Assembly: GCF_006345805.1 (NCBI RefSeq)
Contig: NC_042997.1
Span: 173,228,001 to 173,292,000 of the forward strand
Length of the DNA stretch: 64,000 bases
Source of the DNA: Octopus sinensis
Lineage: Eukaryota
Direction: 5' to 3'
Shown: positions 55,502 through 64,000 of the stretch, piece after piece
Layout: each line of letters starts with the position of its first letter
How positions within the stretch are numbered: position 1 is the stretch's first letter
Made by a program: the position numbers and the translations under genes
Notes under the pieces: model-generated
Seen by the model: the letters and a program-made list of their open reading frames with translations, nothing else
What the model was told of the DNA's origin: nothing
The model's database searches: none

Positions 55502-56040
55502 CTGCATATTTTGTATACTGATACACACGAGTATATTACAAATAGGTGCACTATGATTACTTTTTTTTTTTAGGTATAGACTGCATGTATGCATACATAT
55601 ACACACACATATATACATATTCATATACATATATACACATGAGCATATACATTCATGCGAATATACATACATGTATATATAACATATACACACACACACA
55701 CACATAAATATATATATACTACGCACACATGTATACATGTGCATATACTAAATCTTCAAACGTGTGTGTATATACGGATTTGTGTAAATAAAAACACCTT
55801 ACACCTGTATAAATATCTCCACAAATATACATTTTTTGTTTTTTGAAGTGTACGGATTAATTAAACCACAGTGATTTCATATTTTGAGTGGTATTTAAAG
55901 TGTCTTTTTTCAGTTTTTTAAGACTGAACTGCATGAACTAAGAAAAGTTTGGCTGCCATTTCTAGCAGGTTGTTTTATTTTTACTCGATATCGTGGCCAT
56001 GTGTGTGTGTGGGTGTTGTGCGTGTCTGTGTGTTTTCCTG

Positions 56041-56114
56041 TCAGTTCCGCTTTTTAACAGCTCTCATTATGAATGAATGCCCTTAATCTCTGATTTTATT
56101 AATTGCAGGTAAGT
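56041..56114 (+). promoter_or_regulatory. Candidate Inr/first non-coding exon with a consensus 5' splice site
   Basis: TCAGTT (Inr-like) at 56041 and GCAG|GTAAGT at 56108/56109. The exon-like segment has stops in all frames. Confidence 0.3.
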
Positions 56115-56534
56115 TATGCCTTTAGAAAAAAAAAGCATATATATGTCGTCCAAAATCACGAATACAGGAGATGGAAACGTCGATCTTTTTGTTATTCATT
56201 GTAATCAAACAATGACATTAAGTCTTCTTTTTCTTTTTTCATTTCATTCAATAATCAAGAGCAGAGGCGGTAGAGCGTAGAGAATTTTAAGTGCGTCCAT
56301 CAACTCTTTTCAAGTTCAATTCCCGCTATTTTAGACTCGTTTTTTTTTTTTTTTCTTTCATGGCTTCCCGGTTCTTACATAGAACCAACAAACAAACACA
56401 TCGCCATGAATACGAAATCACACATAAGCATACACAAAGAGGGACCTTCAAATTAAACTACTCTTTTTCAGAAAAGGGACACATTAAACATAGTCTTGGG
56501 CTTCATGTGAATAGGTAAAGGATAGAATAAAGAC

Positions 56535-57311
56535 GGCGAGCTGGCAGAAACGTTAGCGCGCCGGACGAAATGCCTAGCGGTATTTCGTCTGTCGTTACGT
56601 TCTGAGTTCAAATTCCGCCGAGGTCGACTTTGCCTTTCATCCATTCGGGGTCCATAAATAAAGTACCAGTTTCGCACTGGGGTCGATGTAATCGACTTAA
56701 TCCGTTTGTCTTCCTTTGTCCCCTCTATGTTTAGCCCCTTGTGGGCAATAAAGAAATTGGTATTTCGTCTGCCGTTACGTTCTGAGCTCAAATTCCGCTG
56801 AGGTCGACTTTGCCGTTCATCCTTTCGGGGGTCGATAAATTAAGTACCAGTTACGCACTGGAGTCGATCTAATCGACTTAATACCTATGTCTGTCCTTGT
56901 TTGTCCCCTCTGTGTTTAGCCCCTTGTGGGTAATAAAGAAATAGGTATTTCGTCTGCCGTTACGTTCTGAGCTCAAATTCCGCCGAGGTCGACTTTGCCG
57001 TTCATCCTTTCGGGGTTGATAAATTAAGTACCAGTTACGCACTGTGGTCGATCTAATCGACTTAATACCTATGTCTGTCCTTGTTTGTACCCTCTGTGTT
57101 TAGCCCCTTGTGGGTAGTAAAGAAATTGGTATTTCGTCTGCCATTACGTTCTGAGCTCAAATTCCGCTGAGGTCGACTTTGCTTTTCATCCTTTCGAAGT
57201 CGATAAATTAAGTACCAGTTACGCACTGTGGTCGATCTAATCGACTTAATACCTATGTCTGTCCTTGTTTGTCCCCTCTGTGTTTAGCCCCTTGTGGGTA
57301 ATAAAGAAATA
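56535..57311 (+). repeat. Head-to-tail tetramer of SINE B (one head plus four 180-185 bp cores)
   Basis: Units start at 56579, 56759, 56944 and 57128. The array is flanked by AATAGGTAAAGGA(T/C)AGAAT at 56510-56528 and 57308-57326. Confidence 0.92.
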
Positions 57312-57881
57312 GGTAAAGGACAGAATGGTCACAGAATTCAGTGAATCATGGGTTTGCTCGGTTTTAGCTGACGTGGGGGAAAAAGCAACAAGGGAGTAGC
57401 CGGTAAGTGATCATTCAGCTTGTTAGAGATATATAGATAGATAGATATCCCTCAAATTACACCAGTCATGTATAAAACCACAGGACACATTGGGTAAATG
57501 AAGTCCTCCTACATACCTCTAAATGGTCGAGACGGCCGTGGGTGAAATACCTTTCGTCAGTACTGATATGGGCTGAAGCAAGAATCATGTACAAACATAT
57601 TGAACAAGAGCGAAAGCAGGAGAACCAGCTAACGTGAATCACAGCCTGTCATTTTGTGGGGAGTAGTAGAATATATTGATCCCAGAGCTCAGCTGGTACT
57701 TATTTTATCGACTTTGAAAGGATAAATAGCAAAGTCGACGTCTGTGAAATTTGAACTCAGTAAGAAGTAGTGCTAAGCATTTTTTGGCCAATAGTCTTTT
57801 CTGCTATAGAGAAAACAAAGCCTGCTAATAATAATCCCCTCTACTATAGGCACAACAGTAACTATTTAATAACTTAAATAC

Positions 57882-58131
57882 CTTGTGAAAGGTAGAAGAG
57901 TCCAGTTTGCTGGACATTGTTGTAGAGCTGAAAACGAGGCAATTTCTACTCTTCTCCTTTGGAAGCCATCAACTCGCAATACCAGAGGGCACACACTCTC
58001 CTACCCTGATGTAATCTCCAGGGATACAGGCATCCAGCAACAGGACCTCCGTAATGCCATGATGGACCGTGAAGTCTGGCGTAGCATGGTAAATTCCATT
58101 GTCTCGACCACGGTCGAACAATGATGATGAT
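57882..58131 (+). mobile_element. Shorter 5'-truncated copy of the same RTE family, flanked by a 10-bp TSD
   Basis: Closely matches 15469-15712 and has a (TGA)n tail. ATAGGCACAA occurs at 57846-57855 and again at 58130-58139. Confidence 0.9.
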
Positions 58132-61100
58132 AGGCACAAGGCCTGGAATTTGGGGGCGGGAGTTAGTCGATTACATCGACACCCCAATGCTCGACGGGTA
58201 CTTAATTTATTGACCCCGAAGGGATTAAAAGCCAAGTCGATCTCGGTAGAATGTGAATTTAGAACGTAAAGACGGACAAAATGCTGCTAAGCATTTTCTC
58301 CCGCGTGTTAACGATTCTGCCAGGTCGCCGCCATTCTGCTAATAATAATAATAATAATAGTAGCAGTAGTAGTAGATAAATGTAATCCTATACAGGAACA
58401 TACATTTGAAAGAATACGACCATATGGTCAAGTCTGGAATGCCTTTGATCATATTAAGTCTGTTCGATCATGGCCGATGTGGTGACCAAACTACATAACA
58501 GTAGTGTCGAGACCCAATAATGGCGTCAATTCAAAAGATCAACTGCACACACACACACACACTAAGTGTGCAATCTTGCTCATCTTCAAATTTGAGCGTA
58601 TGTATGAGCGTGTATGTGTAGAGGGTGTTCATGTATAAAATGATAGTTCTTCAATCTATCATTTCGTATTGTCGTACTCCGTGGAATCTTCATTATTTTC
58701 AGACATCTTGTTTCCACCCCACCACCAAAGACTGACTGAGCAGTAGTGACTGAGTAAGGTGTAAGTTTTTGGAGTTTTGTTAATTTTTTTCGTTTATTTC
58801 TTCAGTGAACAAGAAACATGACATTTAACACATTATCACTGCTACTACTTTTAGACTTCATGGATATATACAAATGTTCAGTCATCAAACGGCGAACGGA
58901 ACAGGAGAAAGAGTTGGCTGCACATAATAGAGACAACATCAATGGATCTCAACTGGGTTCCATAAAGGTTTTTGCTGTTAAATTTATGTGCAATAAATTT
59001 ATTATACTTCAACAATACACACGATATATTATAATATTGTTACAAAATTTCTCATAATATATAATCAAAAATTTTAATAGGGTTTTCTAAACATCGAATA
59101 GCTGTGATAGTTCATCCGGGTAAGTAAGGAATCGAAAGAGTCCATAGGCAAAATATGGTTAAGAAACCACAAGGCTAAATAGTTACTGTTGTTATTTGTT
59201 ACCTAGTCACCCTGATTAAAAGTTAGATTAAGGAAGGACCTTTTAGTTGTGTACTTTGTGACAAATCCTATTGATCAATATTGGCCTTCCGGTCAATAGC
59301 TGGCCATCGCAAGAAGACCTTCCTTACCCTTCACTCAACATGGAGATTCACAGAGTAGCTTTCTCACATCTACTTCTAGGCCCATGCTGAATCTGCTAAA
59401 AAGAGCAGATAAAAAAATTCACATCGACCTACCCTCTTAAACCGAGATAGGCACACGACAAAACTAAATGGTGTTCAAGAAATAATAATGGTTTCAAATT
59501 TTGGCAGAAGGCCAGTAATTTCGATTACATCAACCTCAGTGCTCAACTGGTACTTATTTTATTTACTCAGAAAGGATGAAAGGCTAAGTCGACCTCGGCA
59601 GAATTTGAAGTCAGAATGTAAAAGACAGACGAAATGCCGCTAAGCATTTTGCCCGGCGCGCTAAAGATTCTGCCAGCTCGAAGTCGATTACATCGACCCC
59701 CCAATGCTTGACTGGTATTTACCGTATCGACTCCGAAAGGATGAAAGGAAAAGTCGGCCTCGGCGGAATTTGAACTTGGAACGTAAAGACAGATGAAACG
59801 CCGCTAATGATAAACGTTCATAGTCGACCTAACGATCTAAAACATCAACAGCATCCAGTATAGTCATTTCATTTCGGAAATTCCCATGACTCATACATAA
59901 ATTTCATCATACACTCTCAATCACCAACCGAATCAACATTTCAAGCTTTGAGTTTAAGAACTAAAGACATTCATCAATATTATTTTGGTTCTAAACAAAA
60001 CACTTCTTCAGTATGTCAATGAATGAATTTCTCTTGCTTTAAGCTAGGTGTTTGTTCACATATTAACAATGAATAAACGAAGCAGTGGGTTTTTTTTTTC
60101 TTGTTCCAAATGCTAGCAGTATATATATGGTTGCTCAACTCGTACTAACCAACTAAAAAAGGATCCATTCGTGAATGCACGACCTGCTAGAAATAACAAC
60201 CAAATCTCGCTCAAGAACTAAAAATTACTGGACTCGTACTAACCAAATAAGGAGCTCCTTTCGTGATCGCTCGATCCGCTAGAAACAACAACCAAATCTC
60301 TTAACTTTATGCCTCGTTATCTCAACGCAACACAATACCACACACACACACACACACATTTTAGTCATAGAAAAAAAAAACTGGTCATGGCTGGGGTATC
60401 TTTAATCATATGGTATCAATCACAACAAGTAATATAAGTTAATATTATCACCTGCGTCAAATTCTGTAATTACTATCAAACAGTAATTACGAAGCAACAA
60501 TTAGAAGAGAGTTGAGAAAGAGAGAGGCAGGCATAGTAAACAACTAACTGACCAGGAAATTTCAGCCACTAAAGCAATGTATGAACTACTATATTTATTT
60601 TTTACCCATTATTTCTTTCAGTCATTGAACTGTGGCCGTGTTGGGGCACCGCTTGAGGGTTTTAGTCTAACGAATCCACCCCAGTGTTGGTTTTTCTTAA
60701 AGCCTGGCACTTGTTCTATCGGTCTCTGCTGAACAGCTAACTTACGGGGACGTAAACAAACCGACAACACAAAGACGCACGGACACACACACACACATAT
60801 ATATATACCACAGGCTTCCTTCGGTTTCCATCTACGAAATCCACCTATAAAGCTTTGGTCGGCCAAGGGCTATAGTAGAAGACACTTGCCCAAGGTGCCA
60901 CGCACACAGAGGAAGTGAATCCGAAACCATGTGGTACAGAAACAAACTTCTTACACACAGTCACGTCTTATAATTTGACCACAAGGGTTCCAAGAGGTTA
61001 GGGGATAGTACCAGAACGAGCGAAATACTCCGAAAGAGAAAAGAGAATATGTGAGGGTTTTTACAACCAGATAAGGGCAACGTCAATGCCAATAGATATG

Positions 61101-61389
61101 AATAAACCAAAATAGGAATAACAAGAGTCATCAAAATGAGAGAGAAACCACGATGGGCTATCTCGGAGGAAGTCATATAAAACCCTTGATTATCTTAACA
61201 TACAACAGTCAAAAGGTAGGAGCCTCCTCTCAGGTGTTACCGCACAAGGGGAGGCCAGTTTGGGCCAAATTTCATCTATCTCTCATGAACTTTACTGCAG
61301 AGTAGGCTCAATCTCCTGACCCACACTTTTCGCCAAACTAATATTGGGGACATGGAATCATGATAGGTCGCTAGCCACTAAACCTTTTC

Positions 61390-61552
61390 TATTGTCTCTC
61401 CCTGTTTATTTCTGTGTTCCTTTCTGTCGAAGAGCGTAGGCTCGAAACGTAAAAGACTTTCTCACTTCCCGAGCGTTAAACTAATACATCTGTTTGTTGT
61501 TTACACACCCGTCTTCGTCTTTTGTTTTTTCTGTAAATTCTCACTATATAAT
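61390..61552 (+). mobile_element. Penelope-like pseudo-LTR-type repeat with a hammerhead-like motif (copy 2)
   Basis: CTTT-CTGTCGAA-GAGC-GTAG-GCTC-GAAACGTA-AAAG at 61420-61455. Downstream sequence matches copy 1 and ends in (TA)n. Confidence 0.65.
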
Positions 61553-62675
61553 AGCTCAATTCTATACGACAAGAAACAGACCAAGATCTTGGTTTTTCTA
61601 AATACAAAGTGATTATTAAAATTGGAAAAAAGAAAAATTAATAATAAACAAAGGCGTAGGCGTTCCTGTGTGGTAAGAAGCTTGCTTCCCAACCACATAG
61701 TTACGGGTTTAGGCCCACTGTGTGACACCTAGGGAAATTGTCTTCTATACAAGCATGGGCCGACTTGGGAGGGTTTGGCAGACGGAAACTGTAAACAAAA
61801 TACGTCATGCGTATATGTGTGGGGATGGTGTATATATTATATATACATACATATTTGTGTGTGTATATATGATTAATGTTATATATATATATATAAACAC
61901 ACATACACACACATTGTTGTTACTGTGAATATGTTTGTCAACCACAGCCGCTTGACAACCGGCTTTTGTTGATCAATATCCCAGTAACTTAGCGGTTCGG
62001 CAAAAAAAAAAGGCCGACAGAATAAGTACGAAGCTTAAAAAGAAGTACTGGGGTCGATTCGTTCAATTAAAAAAACCTCCTCAAGGCGGTGCCCCAGCAT
62101 GGCCACAGTCTAGTGATAAAAACAAACAAACGAGTGGCTGTGTGGTAAGTAGCTTGCTAACCAACCACATGGTTCCGGGTTCAGTCCCACTGCGTGGCAT
62201 CTTGGGCAAGTGTCTTCTACTATAGCCCCGGGCCGACCAATGCCTTGTGAGTGGATTTGGTAGACAGAAACTGAAAGAAGCCTGTCGTATATAGTATATA
62301 TATCTATAGATGGGTAGTATATATGTTTGTGTGTCTGTGTTTGTCCCCCTAGCATTGCTTGACAACCGTTGCTGGTGTGGTTACGTCCCCGTCACTTAGC
62401 GGTTCGGCAAAAAGAGACCGATAGAATAAGTACTGGGCTTACAAAGCATAAGTCCCGGGGTCGATTTGCTCGACTAAAGGCGGTGGTCCAGCATGGCCGC
62501 AGTCAAATGACTGAAACAAGTAAAAGAGTAAATAAGAGATGAAAGAGATAAGTACTTTACAGCAAAGAAAACTAAAAACAACAAATGCACATGGCAAAGG
62601 ACTGAGACCTTAGCTCCGAGACGCACGCACCTACACCCCACCCTTTTATACTTTCAAAAACCTAAAAATGATCTG

Positions 62676-62775
62676 NNNNNNNNNNNNNNNNNNNNNNNNN
62701 NNNNNNNNNNNNNNNNNNNNNNNNNNNNNNNNNNNNNNNNNNNNNNNNNNNNNNNNNNNNNNNNNNNNNNNNNNN
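62676..62775. other. Assembly gap
   Basis: Exactly 100 N, a typical placeholder for a gap of unknown size. Confidence 0.99.
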
Positions 62776-62976
62776 GACAAAATTTCGTACATTATGCATA
62801 GTTTTCACATATGACTTCTGCATGTAATTTTGTTCATTGATTTATAAATTTATATGTATATTTATTTCGTTGTGTGTTTTAAATTATTCTTTGGAATTTG
62901 TATTGATTGTCTGGATGTGTTCCTTCTATAATTTCCCTCATATATATTTTGATTATATATATATATATAACTGCCT

Positions 62977-63403
62977 GGAGTGGCTGTGTGGTAAGTAGCT
63001 TGCTAACCAACCACATGGTTCCGGGTTCAGTCCCACTGCGTGGCATCTTGGGCAAGTGTATTCTGCTATAGCCCCGGGCCGACCAATGCCTTGTGAGTGG
63101 ATTTGGTAGACGGAAACTGAAAGAAGCCTGTCGTATATATGTATATATATATATATGATATATATGTATGTGGTGTATGTGTTTGTGTGTCTGTGTTTGT
63201 CCCCCTAACATTGCTTGACAAACCGATGCTGGTTGGTATATTTACGTCCCCGTCACTTAGCGGTTCGGCAAAAGAGACCGATAGAATAAGTACTGGGCTT
63301 ACAAAGAATAAGTCCCGGGGTCGATTTGCTCGACTAAAGGCGGTGCTCCAGCATGGCCGCAGTCAAATGACTGAAACAAGTAAAAGAGTAAAGAGTAAAA
63401 GAG
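62977..63403 (+). mobile_element. SINE family A (tRNA head, CORE-like segment, internal microsatellite), young subfamily, representative copy
   Basis: A-box-like TGGCTGTGTGG and B-box-like GGTTCAGTCCC; MIR-CORE-like CTTGGGCAAGT; (GAGTAAAA)n tail. Other young copies: 6194-6528(+), 12018-12408(-), 12893-13291(-), 13760-14085(-), 22147-22752(-), 53419-53841(+), 62132-62530(+). Confidence 0.9.
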
Positions 63404-63451
63404 TATATATATATATATATAGATATATACATACACACACACACAAACACA

Positions 63452-64000
63452 CGCATAGTGGAAAGAAACACGGTGAGAGCGTAACAGCAGGTGGTCCTCA
63501 GAGGAGAAATTCCCTTTAAGCAAGTGTTTCGGCCCTTAACTCCTGACACTCCAGGGATGGGGGGGGGCATCCGAATTATGACTTCTGGATGTCCACCTGC
63601 TGTCCGTTTTAGTGCACCTTACGTTTCTCTGGTTTCTTGCACTGCTGTGACGTGTGCTGCGACCCCGAGACGGGCTAAATACTCGTTTCCAGCTGGGTAC
63701 TTTGGCGGGCGCTCGGACAACCCAGGTGTGAGGGTTCTTTTTTCTCACGAACCAGGATCGCCGGCTCCAGAAGCGCAGGCCTACACGACTACACAATCTG
63801 GCACTCGCTTGAATTGGGGCAAATTTAGCCTTATGAAGTTGGACTTTGTTCCTCCTAAACTTGAGGCCTTCTTGGCCGCTTCTCCCATGGCCCTCAAGGT
63901 TCTACTCCTGCTTCTTCCAGAGATGGACAGCTGTTTCATGAGGCTGTAGGCAGATGAGCCCATAAATCCCCTGACGCCAACCTCGACGCGGAGACTTTGG
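63452..64000 (-). mobile_element. 3' end of an R2-group (RLE, Hero-like) non-LTR retrotransposon, cut by the window edge
   Basis: The minus frame from 63999 reads QSLRVEVGVRGFMGSSAYSLMKQLSISGRSRSRTLRAMGEAAKKASS. This matches the C-terminal (P)VEVG.RGF.G.S...L...GI.G...R....L.E.AE..S motif that follows the restriction-like endonuclease in Hero-type elements (recalled family motif). It is followed by a GC-rich 3' UTR ending next to (CA)/(TA) repeats. Confidence 0.75.

Noticed and set aside
56579-57311. Array that superficially resembles CRISPR
   Set aside because: Units are 180-185 bp SINE cores with no unique spacers, in a eukaryotic context.
62132-63403. Near-identical SINE A copies on either side of the gap as an assembly duplication
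   Set aside because: Their flanks and internal microsatellites differ, so they are probably independent young insertions. Contiguity across the gap remains unverified.
63491-63949. 152-aa plus-strand ORF
   Set aside because: It is antisense to the Hero-like element. The recognisable motif is on the minus strand, and GC-rich DNA gives long shadow ORFs.

Overview
This is repeat-dense, AT-rich eukaryotic DNA. The SINE families and microsatellite load point to a coleoid cephalopod, most likely Octopus; this is from recall, not a search. No protein-coding gene could be named with confidence. Almost all listed ORFs are microsatellite- or SINE-derived. The window contains three abundant short-repeat families: a tRNA/CORE-type SINE 'A', a tRNA-type SINE 'B' with a MetaSINE/Sauria-like core, and an RTE-tailed repeat 'C'. 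It also holds fossil LINEs (RTE, CR1-like, Tx1/L1-like), the 3' end of a Hero-like RLE retrotransposon at the right edge, Tc1/mariner, piggyBac, pogo-like and hAT relics or MITEs, and a 100-N scaffold gap. The most notable observations are: (1) a ~24-kb CpG-decayed domain (~28-52 kb), which suggests a germline-methylated gene body, with candidate spliced exons; (2) two copies of a Penelope-type repeat carrying a minimal type-I hammerhead ribozyme fold with a non-canonical core; (3) the Hero-like element; (4) a SINE tetramer inside a single target-site duplication; and (5) a 221-bp near-identical local templated duplication.
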